Shown here: one piece after another, positions 34,212-43,649 of the stretch
How positions within the stretch are numbered: the stretch's first letter is position 1
Layout of the letters: each line of letters starts with the position of its first letter
Source of the DNA: Candidatus Latescibacterota bacterium
GTDB taxonomy: Bacteria; Latescibacterota; UBA2968; UBA8231
Assembly (NCBI GenBank): GCA_965223905.1
Contig: CBDCXV010000010.1
Coordinates: 1,728,001-1,792,000, forward strand
Direction of reading: 5' to 3'
DNA length: 64,000 nt
Notes under the pieces: model-generated
Databases searched by the model: none
What the model saw: only the letters and a program-made list of their open reading frames with translations
Told to the model about the DNA's origin: nothing
Position numbers and translations under genes: made by a program

Positions 34212-36962
34212 ATGAATCCAGCAGTGATGCACCGCTGCGCCGGTGTGGCTGTTTTTCTGATTTCCCTTGGTCTGTACCTCCTGACCATGGCGCCGTCGGT
34301 CTCCTTCTGGGACACCGGCGAGTTCATCGCCACCTCCTACACCCTCAGCGTCCCGCACCCGCCGGGATCGCCGCTCTACGTGCTGCTCGGACGGCTGTTC
34401 TCCATGATTCCGGTCATGGAGGTCGCCTGGCGCGTGGTGCTGATGTCGGCGCTCTCCTCGGCCCTGGCGGTCTGGTGCACTTACCTCGGCACCGTGGCCA
34501 TAGCGCGCCGCGCCCTGGGGGGCGAGCCGCTGCGGGTATTCGGCGACGAGCGCGACCTGTCGGTCACCCTCGGAGGCGCCCTGGCCTCGCTGACCCTGGC
34601 GGTCTCGTACACCTTCTGGTTCAACGCCACCGAGGCCGAGGTCTACGGCTACTCGATTCTTTTCGTCGCCCTGGGGTTCTGGCTGGTCCTGTACTGGGAA
34701 GGGACCGGGCACGGCGCCCTCAACGACCGCTGGCTGTTTCTCGTCGCCTACCTGTTCGGCCTCGGCGGGGGCCTGCACATGCTCTGCCTGCTGATCATCC
34801 CCGGGCTGCTGATCCTCGCCTGGTTCGCCGACCGCGGGCTGCGCCGCCTGATCACGGTCATGGCGGGCGCCGGGCTGGAGGGGTTCTTCATTCTCGCCGT
34901 GCTCGCCGACAGGCCGGATTCGGCAGCCCTGCTCGGATTGCTCGCCGCGGCAGGCCTGATCGCCTTCTTCTCCTACGTCTGGGTCACCGAGGAGGAGCTG
35001 CGCCCGACCGTCCTGTTGCTCCTCGGGGCCGGCGCCGCGTCCTTCGTCGGGCGCGCCATCTTCTCCGAGGGGATGCTTTTCAACGCCATTCTCGCCGTCG
35101 TGGCAATCGGCCTTCTCCGCCATCTCTACCAGCACGACCGCCGCGCCCTCGGACTGCTCGTCGGGACCGCGGTGCTGTTCGCGATCGGGTACTCGACCTA
35201 CGCGACCCTGTACATCCGCTCCGGGCTCAACCCGGTGATCGACGAGAACGACCCCGAGACCTGGGCCGCCTTCAAGAAATTCCTCAACCGCGAGCAGTAC
35301 GGGACCGACAGCATGCTCCTGATGATGCTCGAGCCGCGGGCCTCGCGCACCTACCAACTGTGGCACCAGCAGTTCAAGTATTTCTTCCAGCAGTTCCCGT
35401 TCCCCCTGCTCAACCGCGACCTCGTCTTCCGCTTGGCCACCGAGAACGCCCCCCACACCATCTCGGTGTCGCTCATCCCCTACGTGCTCGGGGCCTGGGG
35501 GCTGGTATGGCACGGGCGCCGCGACTGGCGCCGCTTCGTAGCGCTGCTGGCGATATTCCTGATCATGGGGTTCGGGCTGTCCTTATACCTCAACATGCAG
35601 GACCCGCAGCCGCGCGAGCGCCACTACGTCTTCGGCGGCATGTTCTTCGCGTTCGCGATCTGGATGGGGCTCGGCTGGACCGGCATCGTCGAGTTTGTGC
35701 GGCAGCGCTGGCGGCTGTCCGGGCCGGCCCTTGCCGGGGCCGCCTGCTGCGGCCTGCTGCTTCCCCTCGGCACGGGCGCCAGCAGCTACCACGTCCAGGA
35801 CCGCACCGGCGACTACATCGCCTACGACTACGCCTACAACCTTCTCAACAGCTGCGAGCAGGATGCGATCCTGTTCACCAACGGCGACAACGACACCTTC
35901 CCCCTGTGGTTCCTCCAGGAGGTCGAGGGGATCCGGCGGGACATCCGCGTCGTCAACCTCAGCCTCCTCAACACCGGGTGGTACATCAAGCAGCTGCGCG
36001 ACCGCGAGCCCAAGGTCGACATCCGCATCGACGACACCTATGTCGACTCGGTTCTCACCGACACCCAACTGGTCGACATGTACAGGCGGGTGTGGCCCAA
36101 GCCGGGGACGCCCAAGGAGTTCGCCACGCTTGGCCTCGACGTCGAGGTCAAGACTCTGCCCGGCAACGACGTCCTGCGGGTTCAGGACATAATGGTGATC
36201 GGGATCATCAGCTGGAACGAGTGGAAGCGGCCCATCCACTTCGCCATCACCGTGGCCCAGAGCAACCGGGTCGGGCTGGAACCGTACCTGAGCATGGTCG
36301 GCATGACCATGAAGCTCGTCCCCGAGAAAGGGCGCGAAACCGACCTCGAAGCGCTCGCCCGCAACCTGCTGCAGGTCTACCAGTTCCGAGGGATCGCCGA
36401 TCGCGGCGTCTACAAGGACCTCAACACCTCGAGACTGCTGGGGAACTACCGCGCCTGCTACATTACCCTGGCGTCCCTGTACCAGGAACAGGAGCGCTAC
36501 GACGAGCTGACCGAGCTGACCGAATGGGCTCTGGAGCATATCCCGCTCAACTGGGAATCCTTCTACACCGCCAGCGAGCTCCAGCGCGAGGTCGGCCGCA
36601 TGGCGATTGCCGCCAGGTACGTGGAAGAGGCCGTGGAATACCTGTCCGAAACCGTGGACGAGCACCCGACGGCGACCTACGAGAACGCCCTGGCGCTGTC
36701 CGGCATCCTGCTGGATACCTACCGGGATCTCGAGCGGGCGGAGCGCGCCTACCGGATCGCCATTGCCCTGGAACCGGAGCGATACGACGCCTACCGCGAG
36801 CTCGCGGCGACGCTGCAGGCCGGGGGCCGCGTCGAGGACGCCATCCGGCTGATCGGCGAGTACCAGGATGAGTTCGGTGCCACCGACGGCCCGGAGCAGG
36901 ATCTCGAAACGCTGCACAACGCCCTGAAGATCTCACCCTCCGACGCCGCCGGCGGCGACTAG
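34212..36962 (+). CDS. DUF2723 (TMEM260-like GT-C) membrane glycosyltransferase with C-terminal TPR
   Basis: SFWDTGEFI...HPPGSPLY, EAEVY, H-x-L-x-LL, PRERHY, FTNGDNDTFPLW...QEVEGIRRD, and C-terminal TPR helices. Confidence 0.9.
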   Translation: MNPAVMHRCAGVAVFLISLGLYLLTMAPSVSFWDTGEFIATSYTLSVPHPPGSPLYVLLGRLFSMIPVMEVAWRVVLMSALSSALAVWCTYLGTVAIARRALGGEPLRVFGDERDLSVTLGGALASLTLAVSYTFWFNATEAEVYGYSILFVALGFWLVLYWEGTGHGALNDRWLFLVAYLFGLGGGLHMLCLLIIPGLLILAWFADRGLRRLITVMAGAGLEGFFILAVLADRPDSAALLGLLAAAGLIAFFSYVWVTEEELRPTVLLLLGAGAASFVGRAIFSEGMLFNAILAVVAIGLLRHLYQHDRRALGLLVGTAVLFAIGYSTYATLYIRSGLNPVIDENDPETWAAFKKFLNREQYGTDSMLLMMLEPRASRTYQLWHQQFKYFFQQFPFPLLNRDLVFRLATENAPHTISVSLIPYVLGAWGLVWHGRRDWRRFVALLAIFLIMGFGLSLYLNMQDPQPRERHYVFGGMFFAFAIWMGLGWTGIVEFVRQRWRLSGPALAGAACCGLLLPLGTGASSYHVQDRTGDYIAYDYAYNLLNSCEQDAILFTNGDNDTFPLWFLQEVEGIRRDIRVVNLSLLNTGWYIKQLRDREPKVDIRIDDTYVDSVLTDTQLVDMYRRVWPKPGTPKEFATLGLDVEVKTLPGNDVLRVQDIMVIGIISWNEWKRPIHFAITVAQSNRVGLEPYLSMVGMTMKLVPEKGRETDLEALARNLLQVYQFRGIADRGVYKDLNTSRLLGNYRACYITLASLYQEQERYDELTELTEWALEHIPLNWESFYTASELQREVGRMAIAARYVEEAVEYLSETVDEHPTATYENALALSGILLDTYRDLERAERAYRIAIALEPERYDAYRELAATLQAGGRVEDAIRLIGEYQDEFGATDGPEQDLETLHNALKISPSDAAGGD

Positions 36963-36982
36963 CCTATGCGGCAGGCCTGGGT

Positions 36983-38023
36983 GTGCGCGAACCAGTTACC
37001 ATCGTAATCCCCCACTTCCGGGCGGCGGTGCTCGCCGACTGCCTGCAGTCGCTGTTCGCCCACAGCTTCTGGCCCCTCCGGGTAATCGTCGTCGACGACG
37101 GGGGCGGCGCTCCCAGTCTGCAGGAAGCGCGGGCACGCTTTCCAGGCATTGAAATACTGAGCAACGAGGGCAACCGCGGTTTCAGCTATTCCTGCAATCG
37201 CGGCCTCGAGGCGGCCGAGACCGAGTACTCGGTGCTGCTCAACGACGACACGCGGGTGACCGCCAACTGGCTCCAGCCCCTGGTCGCGGCCGCGGACGCC
37301 GACGCCGCGATCGCCGCCTGCCAGCCCAAGCTGCTGTCCGCGGCCGAGGGGGGCTCGTTCGACTACAGCGGCGGCGCCGGCGGCTACATCGACCGCCTGG
37401 GGTACACCTTCTGCCGCGGCCGCCTGCTCGAAGAGGTCGAGAGCGACGGCGGGCAGTACGACACCCCCGCAGACCTGTTCTGGACCTGCGGGTCGGCTAT
37501 GCTGGTGCGCACCGACGCGGTGCGCCGGGTCGGGTTGCTGGACCTCGACTTCTTCATGCACTTCGAGGAGATCGACCTGTGCTGGCGTCTGCGGCTTGCC
37601 GGTCACCGGCTCGTCGCCGTGCCTTCCTCGGTGATTTACCACCACGCCGGGTGGTCGCTGCCGCCAGCGAGCTTCCGCAAGAGCTACCTCAACCACCGCA
37701 ACAACCTCGTCATGCTGTTCAAGAACCTGCCCGCCCTCACGCTGTCCTGGCTGCTGCCGGCGCGCGGACTGCTCGAGCTGGCCGCGGTCCTCAACTACCT
37801 CCTGCGCGGCCGCCTGCGCGCCGCAGCAGCCCCGCTGGCAGCGCTGTTCTGGTGCCTGACCCACCCCCTCGACCTGATCGCGCGCCGCCGGCGCAGCCGC
37901 TCCCTTGCGGTCGCCGGGGCGGACGCCGACCGCAGGGGGGTGTACGGCGGCAGCATTCTACTGGAGTACTACCTGCGCGGCCGGCGCCGGACCCGCGACT
38001 TCATGGCGGACGCCTGCTATTGA
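36983..38023 (+). CDS. Family 2 glycosyltransferase
   Basis: IVVDDG, NRGFSYSCNRG, LLNDD, FFMHFEEIDLCWR. Confidence 0.93.
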   Translation: MREPVTIVIPHFRAAVLADCLQSLFAHSFWPLRVIVVDDGGGAPSLQEARARFPGIEILSNEGNRGFSYSCNRGLEAAETEYSVLLNDDTRVTANWLQPLVAAADADAAIAACQPKLLSAAEGGSFDYSGGAGGYIDRLGYTFCRGRLLEEVESDGGQYDTPADLFWTCGSAMLVRTDAVRRVGLLDLDFFMHFEEIDLCWRLRLAGHRLVAVPSSVIYHHAGWSLPPASFRKSYLNHRNNLVMLFKNLPALTLSWLLPARGLLELAAVLNYLLRGRLRAAAAPLAALFWCLTHPLDLIARRRRSRSLAVAGADADRRGVYGGSILLEYYLRGRRRTRDFMADACY

Positions 38024-38985
38024 AGACGGCCCTCAACACCCTGCTCAAGCTGGCGGTCAGTGTCGGCCTGCTGTACTACCTCGCCCGCCAGACCGACCTC
38101 GGGGGGCTCGGCGCCGCCTTCGCCGCGACAGTGCCGTCGCTGTTCCTGCTCGCCGTCGCCTTTTTCGTGGTCAGCAACGGGCTGGGAGCCTGCCAGTGGT
38201 ACCTGCTGCTGCACGCCCACCGGCTGCCGATAGGCTTCGGCCAGGCAACGGTCTTCTACCTGACCGGCGTGTTCTTCAACAACGTCCTGCTCGGCAACAT
38301 CGGCGGAGACGCGCTGCGCATCTACGACGTCCGCCGGCTCACCGGGCGCACCAGCGGCGCCGCCGCGGCGACCTTCATGGACCGCTTCGTCGGCCTGCTG
38401 GCCACCTGCTCCCTGGCGCTGATCGCCTGTCTCACCGTTCCAGAGGTCAGGGTCCCCGGGGTGATCTCCGTTCTCCTGCCGGTCTGGAGCGCCCTCGTCC
38501 TGCTGATGGCGATGGGACTGAGCGGGCGGATCGGGCGCTTCCTCGAGATCATGGCCACCCGCCTCCTTCCCGACCGCATCGGCCGCAAGGCGAGCAGCCT
38601 GCGGGAAAGCATGGCAGTGTACCGCAGCAAGGGCTGGCTGCTTCTCGGGGTCGGGGCCGTCTCCCTCGGCGTCCAGTTTTCCCGCGTCCTCGTTTACTGG
38701 TCCGCGGGGCTGGCAGCCGGCCTGCACGCCGGGCTGGTCTACTTCGTCGCCTTCCAACCTGTTGCCGCGGTCATCGCCGCCCTGCCGATTTCGATCGGAG
38801 GACTGGGGGTGCGGGAGAACATCTTCGTCGAGCTGTTCGGCTCTGTCGGCGCCCCCGAGAGCCGGGCGTTCGCGATGTCCCTTCTGGGGTACGCTGCCGG
38901 TGTCGTCGCCAGTCTCCTCGGGGGGGTCGCCTTCGTCGTCCGCCGCGTACAGCGAGCAGATTCGGCGGCCGCCACGGAGCGGTGA
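38020..38985 (+). CDS. Lysylphosphatidylglycerol-synthase TM/UPF0104 flippase-like membrane protein
   Basis: LKLAVSVGLL, FFNNVLLGNIGGD, DRFVG, LPISIGGLGVRE; TTG start overlaps the GT2 stop. Confidence 0.88.
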   Translation: MKTALNTLLKLAVSVGLLYYLARQTDLGGLGAAFAATVPSLFLLAVAFFVVSNGLGACQWYLLLHAHRLPIGFGQATVFYLTGVFFNNVLLGNIGGDALRIYDVRRLTGRTSGAAAATFMDRFVGLLATCSLALIACLTVPEVRVPGVISVLLPVWSALVLLMAMGLSGRIGRFLEIMATRLLPDRIGRKASSLRESMAVYRSKGWLLLGVGAVSLGVQFSRVLVYWSAGLAAGLHAGLVYFVAFQPVAAVIAALPISIGGLGVRENIFVELFGSVGAPESRAFAMSLLGYAAGVVASLLGGVAFVVRRVQRADSAAATER

Positions 38986-38989
38986 TTCG

Positions 38990-40141
38990 ATGGGGGTGAA
39001 GCTCGGGAACGAGCGCCTCTTCGACGACGCCCTCGAGCTCATCGCGGGCAGGCGGGTCGGCCTGATCACCAATCCCACCGGGGTCGACTCCTGCCTGCGG
39101 GCCACCGCGGACCGTTTGCACGCCGAGCCCGCCACCGAGCTGGCGGCGCTTTTCGGCCCCGAGCACGGCATCCGCGGCGACGCCGAGGACGGGGTCGGCG
39201 TAGCGGACGAAGTCGACCTCCGCACCGGGGTGCCGGCGATCAGCCTCTACGGCTCCACCCGCGCGCTGCAGAGCTCCATGCTCGACGGCATCGATGTCCT
39301 CCTGTTCGACATGCAGGACGTCGGCGCGCGCTTCTACACCTACCTGTACACCATGAGCGCAGCCATGAAAGCCTGCGCCCAACGCGGGGCGCCGTTCCTC
39401 CTTCTCGACCGCCCGAATCCGATCGGCGGGGAGCTGCTGGAGGGGAATCTCCTCGACCCGGCCTTCTCCTCGTTCGTCGGCCGCTACCCCATTCCGGTCC
39501 GCTACGGGTTGACGATCGGTGAGATCGCCACCCTCTTCAACGAGGTCCACGGAATTGGCGCCGAGCTGCATGTCGTGGAGCTGGGCGGATGGAGGCGGTC
39601 GATGTCTTGGGAGGAGACCGGGCTGCCCTGGGTCGCCCCCTCCCCGAACATGCCGACTCCGCAGACCGCGGCCCTGTACCCGGGCACCTGCTTCTTCGAG
39701 GGAACCAACCTCTCGGAGGGCCGCGGAACCACGCGGCCGTTCGAGCTCATCGGGGCCCCGTTCGTCGACGGCTTCGCGCTGGCCGATGCGATGAACGATC
39801 TCGCGATTCCCGGGGCGCGATGGCGGCCTGTCTTCTTCACGCCGTCGTTCGGGAAGCACGCCGGGGAGCGCTGCGGCGGGGTGCAGCTGCACGCCCTCTC
39901 CCCCTGCCTGCGCCCCGTGGCCGCGGCCTTTCACCTGCTGGCCACGGCGAAAAGCCTGTTCCGGGAGCGCTTCGAGTGGAACCTTCCGGCCCGGGGCATC
40001 CACAACTTCGACAAGCTCGCCGGCAGCGGCAGGGTCCGCCTCGAGCTCGACGCCGGCACCCCGGTCGCCGATCTGCTCGCCGCCTGGGAGCGGGAGCGGC
40101 GGCCGTTCGCGCAGGTGCGGGAGCGGTTCCTGCGCTATTAG
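38990..40141 (+). CDS. DUF1343 exo-beta-N-acetylmuramidase NamZ-like protein
   Basis: VGLITNPTG, FGPEHG, SLYG, DMQDVGARFYTY, LDRPNP, PSPNMP, EGTNLSEGRGT. Confidence 0.93.
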   Translation: MGVKLGNERLFDDALELIAGRRVGLITNPTGVDSCLRATADRLHAEPATELAALFGPEHGIRGDAEDGVGVADEVDLRTGVPAISLYGSTRALQSSMLDGIDVLLFDMQDVGARFYTYLYTMSAAMKACAQRGAPFLLLDRPNPIGGELLEGNLLDPAFSSFVGRYPIPVRYGLTIGEIATLFNEVHGIGAELHVVELGGWRRSMSWEETGLPWVAPSPNMPTPQTAALYPGTCFFEGTNLSEGRGTTRPFELIGAPFVDGFALADAMNDLAIPGARWRPVFFTPSFGKHAGERCGGVQLHALSPCLRPVAAAFHLLATAKSLFRERFEWNLPARGIHNFDKLAGSGRVRLELDAGTPVADLLAAWERERRPFAQVRERFLRY

Positions 40142-40368
40142 GGCCGGGGGGGTGCGACCACCTGAATTCCGTCGCCGCTGCCGCATGCTCGCCGCCTTGC
40201 CTTCGCTCCCATACCGACTCCGTACGACTCCCTGCCGCCTTGCGAGCCGGGACACCGACGCCCCCGTTCGTACTCGGACTTACGGGCGAAGGCACCAGCC
40301 ACCGGGGCTCCTTGCCCCGGTGGCCCGGCTCCCTATCATTTGGACACCTCTCAACCGCCCCACTCCCC

Positions 40369-40956
40369 ATGCCCGCTCCCCTTAAGGCAGGAACCTTCCT
40401 CATCGCTTCCCTCGGACTGGAGGACCCGAGCTACAGCCGCACGGTCGTCCTCATCCTCCAGCACCGTCCGGACCAGACCCTCGGCGTAATCGTCAACCGT
40501 CCGCTCGGAGAGCGGGCCAGGATGTACCCCGCGGAGGAGTTGCGAACCCTTGCCAACGGACTCGACTCGGGCCGCAAGCCGGACGGGATGTTCTACCAGG
40601 GGGGGCCGGAGGAGCCGAACTCCCTCATCTTCCTGCACCGTCTCGGCAGCGCCGGAGAAGACGCCACCCGCATCTGCGACGGCCTCTACGCGGGCGGCGA
40701 TCTCGACATCCTGCGCGGCTGCATTCCGGACCTCGACAGTGACAGCCCCCTGTTGCGATTCTACCTCGGGTACGCCGACTGGGCCCCCGGCCAGCTCGAG
40801 AACGAGATCGCCCTGGGCGCCTGGATCCTCAGCGAGGCGAACATCGACCTGGTCTTTTCGGAAGAGCCGGAGAGCGTCTGGCAGCAGGCCATGCACGCCC
40901 TGGGCGGCAAGTACGCCCCGATGTCGTTCATTCCCGAAGACCCATCCCTGAACTGA
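40369..40956 (+). CDS. YqgE/AlgH family protein
   Basis: FLIA...LEDP...RTVV...GVIVNRP, GGP, GYADWAPGQLENEI...W. Confidence 0.92.
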   Translation: MPAPLKAGTFLIASLGLEDPSYSRTVVLILQHRPDQTLGVIVNRPLGERARMYPAEELRTLANGLDSGRKPDGMFYQGGPEEPNSLIFLHRLGSAGEDATRICDGLYAGGDLDILRGCIPDLDSDSPLLRFYLGYADWAPGQLENEIALGAWILSEANIDLVFSEEPESVWQQAMHALGGKYAPMSFIPEDPSLN

Positions 40957-41115
40957 ACCGGCGGCAACCCCGGGTAAATCCCGACGCAGGGGGAATTCCG
41001 TCTTGGCGAAAGGAGGATGGGGCCCGACCTGGTGTCGCCCTCGGCCTTGGAGGTGGAGGCACGGGTGCACCCGGTTAAGCGGGAATCCTGCGGGCAGCCG
41101 CGGCAGGGCGGCGAC

Positions 41116-42072
41116 TCAGCAGATCAGGCCGCGCTTGGAGTGGATGCCGTGGGCAGTGGGGTGGTCGCCGATCCAGCGCTCGTCCACCGGCTCGCTGGCG
41201 AGCTGGTAGCGGGTGTCGGAGGACAGGCGGATGCGGCGGGTGTGGTTGTCGGTGCTGGCGTGCATGGTGAACATGCTGAAGACGAGCAGATCCCCCATGC
41301 GGTACTCCGAGGTCAGCCAGCGGCCGCCGAGCTGTTCACGCAGCCCGAGGGCGTCGGCGAAGTGGCCCTGCGATTCCCAGCGGATCTCCCCGTGCTCCTC
41401 CGCGGTGAGCTGGCGGTTCTCCGAGCGCGCCCGGGCGACGATGGCGTCCGCCTCCCCCTCCTCGCAGTAGGCGTCGACGTCGGTGCGGGCGTAGCCGTCG
41501 AGGATCTCCTCCCGCAGGTGCGAGTTCTCGAGAATCATCAGGCCGCCCATGCGCAGCGGGATGTCTCCGAGCGGAGTCCAGGAGGTGTAGAGATCCCGGG
41601 TGCCGCGCCCCATGAACACGATGTCGCAGTGGGGCTGGGTGGCGTTGGCGCTGTTCGGGCCCTTGGCGCGGAACCAGGTGTAGTCGAAATGCCGCACCGG
41701 GCCGCCCAGGAAGAACTCGTAGAACTCGATCATCCGCCCGCTGTACACCACCGCGTCCAGCTCGGGGTTGTCCCTGGCGAGATCCGGCGAAAAGCCGATC
41801 TCGATACCCGGCTTCAGCACCCCCTCCTCCAGCGGATGGCGGTGGTCGATCAGTCCCCTGTCGGAGAGCCGGGACAGCACCGACATCCTCGCGGCCACGA
41901 CCTCCTCCTGGTCGAGGAATCCCGGCAGGTAGAGGTAGCCGTCACGCGCCATGCGCCGGTGCAGCTCCTCCCTGTCGCCGAGGGCGCTCGAGGCGTCCTG
42001 CAGCTCCCCGAGGAGGGGGGAATCGATGGCCGCGCCCTGGTAGGTGAGCAGTTGTCCGGAATCATCCGGCAT
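41116..42072 (-). CDS. Phytanoyl-CoA dioxygenase family (Fe/2OG) protein
   Basis: DGYLYL, PHCD (HxD), WTPLGD...GGL, GDLLVF...MHAS..N, RLSSDTRY. Confidence 0.92.
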   Translation of the reverse strand: MPDDSGQLLTYQGAAIDSPLLGELQDASSALGDREELHRRMARDGYLYLPGFLDQEEVVAARMSVLSRLSDRGLIDHRHPLEEGVLKPGIEIGFSPDLARDNPELDAVVYSGRMIEFYEFFLGGPVRHFDYTWFRAKGPNSANATQPHCDIVFMGRGTRDLYTSWTPLGDIPLRMGGLMILENSHLREEILDGYARTDVDAYCEEGEADAIVARARSENRQLTAEEHGEIRWESQGHFADALGLREQLGGRWLTSEYRMGDLLVFSMFTMHASTDNHTRRIRLSSDTRYQLASEPVDERWIGDHPTAHGIHSKRGLIC

Positions 42073-42157
42073 GGGGATCCCTTCTCATTGCGGGGAAATT
42101 TCCCAAGCTAACGCCAGCAGCCTGAGGGTCAAGGAACCCGCTCCCCGCGCCGGCGCC

Positions 42158-42188
42158 TTTGCCCTCCGGGACCGCACTCGTATCTTTG
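42158..42188 (+). promoter_or_regulatory. Putative promoter matching the Bacteroidota -33/-7 consensus
   Basis: TTTG-19nt-TATCTTTG upstream of the D,D-carboxypeptidase gene. Confidence 0.5.
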
Positions 42189-42242
42189 GCTCATTCCCCC
42201 ACGGTTCTCCCCGGCTTCACCCCCGAAACTGTTCGAGGATTC

Positions 42243-43391
42243 ATGATCGTTCGCCTGGTTGCAGTATGTCTGCTCGGCGCTCTCGGCGGCTCGATACTGC
42301 CGCAGCCGGCGCCGGCGCTCGTTCCTCCCACCTGGGACGGAGGGCCTCCGTTCGCCGCGGCCATTCTCGTCGAAGCGGAAACCGGCAAGGTCCTGTTCGA
42401 GCACAACGCGCGCGCGCCGCGCTCACCTGCCAGCACCCTCAAGCTGCTGCTGCAGCTGCTGGTGATGGAGGCGGTCGCCGACGGCCGCTTCGCCCTCTCC
42501 GACTCGGTTTACATCTCCGCGGAAGCGAGCCGCACCGGAGGTTCGCAGGTGTACCTCAAGGAGGGGGAGGTGTTCACTCTCGAAGCGCTGATGGAGACGA
42601 TCGTCATCGCCTCCGCCAACGACGCCTGCGTGGCCGTCGCCGAGCACATCGGCGGCACCGAGCAGGGTTTCGTCGACCTGATGAACAGCAAGGCCGCGGT
42701 CCTGGGGTTGCAGGGGACGCGCTACGTCAACGTCCACGGACTCGACAATACACCGACAACGAAGGGCAACACCACCACCGCCGCGGACCTAGCGGCCGTC
42801 GCCAGGGAGATCGCCGCCTACGACGAAATCATGGAGTGGTCCAAGATCCGCCAGGCGCCGTTTCGCAACGGCACCTTCATCCTCCGGGCGACCAACAGGC
42901 TGCTGGGCAAATTCCGCGGTCTCGACGGACTCAAGACCGGCTTCACCAAGCGTGCCGGGTACTGTCTCGTGGCCACCGCCGAACGCCGCCGGATGCGCCT
43001 CATCTCGGTGGTCCTGGGATCGCAGAGCGAGAAAGCCCGCTACCGCGAAACCAGGCGCATCCTCGACTGGGGATTCAACCACTATTCCAGGGTGGCGATC
43101 GTCACTTCAGGGGAAGCGGTCGCCTCGGTCCCCCTCGACTGGGGCGTCGAACCGGAAGTCGCCGCGGTCGCCACCGACTCGGTGGTCGCCGTTCTCGGCA
43201 ACGAGCAGATCCGCGGCATCCGCAAGGAGATCGAGATCGACTCCGCGCGCAACGCCCCGATCGCCGCGGGGGACTCGCTCGGAGCCCTCCGGGTGATGAC
43301 CGGCGAGACCCTGCTGGCCGCCGTCGACCTCGTGGCGGACAGAGGGGTGGCTCGGATGTCCCTATGGGAAATACTGATGAGCTACTTCTGA
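42243..43391 (+). CDS. D-alanyl-D-alanine carboxypeptidase (PBP5/6, peptidase S11)
   Basis: Signal peptide, PASTLK (SxxK), SAND (SxN), GLKTGFT (KTG), and a PBP5 C-terminal domain. Confidence 0.95.
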   Translation: MIVRLVAVCLLGALGGSILPQPAPALVPPTWDGGPPFAAAILVEAETGKVLFEHNARAPRSPASTLKLLLQLLVMEAVADGRFALSDSVYISAEASRTGGSQVYLKEGEVFTLEALMETIVIASANDACVAVAEHIGGTEQGFVDLMNSKAAVLGLQGTRYVNVHGLDNTPTTKGNTTTAADLAAVAREIAAYDEIMEWSKIRQAPFRNGTFILRATNRLLGKFRGLDGLKTGFTKRAGYCLVATAERRRMRLISVVLGSQSEKARYRETRRILDWGFNHYSRVAIVTSGEAVASVPLDWGVEPEVAAVATDSVVAVLGNEQIRGIRKEIEIDSARNAPIAAGDSLGALRVMTGETLLAAVDLVADRGVARMSLWEILMSYF

Positions 43392-43649
43392 ATCCCTGCC
43401 CGGGTGAGGTTCAGGCTCGCGCCCCACTCGTGATCCGCCGCAGGTTCCGGGCAGCCGGTGGCTGCGCCATTCCGTCTCGGGGCTCAACCCAGCCCTTCCT
43501 TCCGACTCTACCACCCGCCGCCTGAGACCCTCCCTGTCGACAAGACGATACCCTCTGGGAAGGGTGGTTTCGCGCTGGCTGACCGCGTCCCCATGCTCTA
43601 AAATTGCCCCGGGTTCGTTCCGCCTCGAGACACCGGAGGTCCCCCCGGC

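Noticed and set aside
40150-40330. Intergenic stretch with weak hairpins resembling a small repeat element
   Set aside because: No second copy in the window and no clear terminal repeats.
43392-43649. Possible Na+/c-di-AMP/fluoride riboswitch upstream of the antiporter
   Set aside because: No recognisable consensus found by eye; an Rfam/Infernal scan would be decisive.
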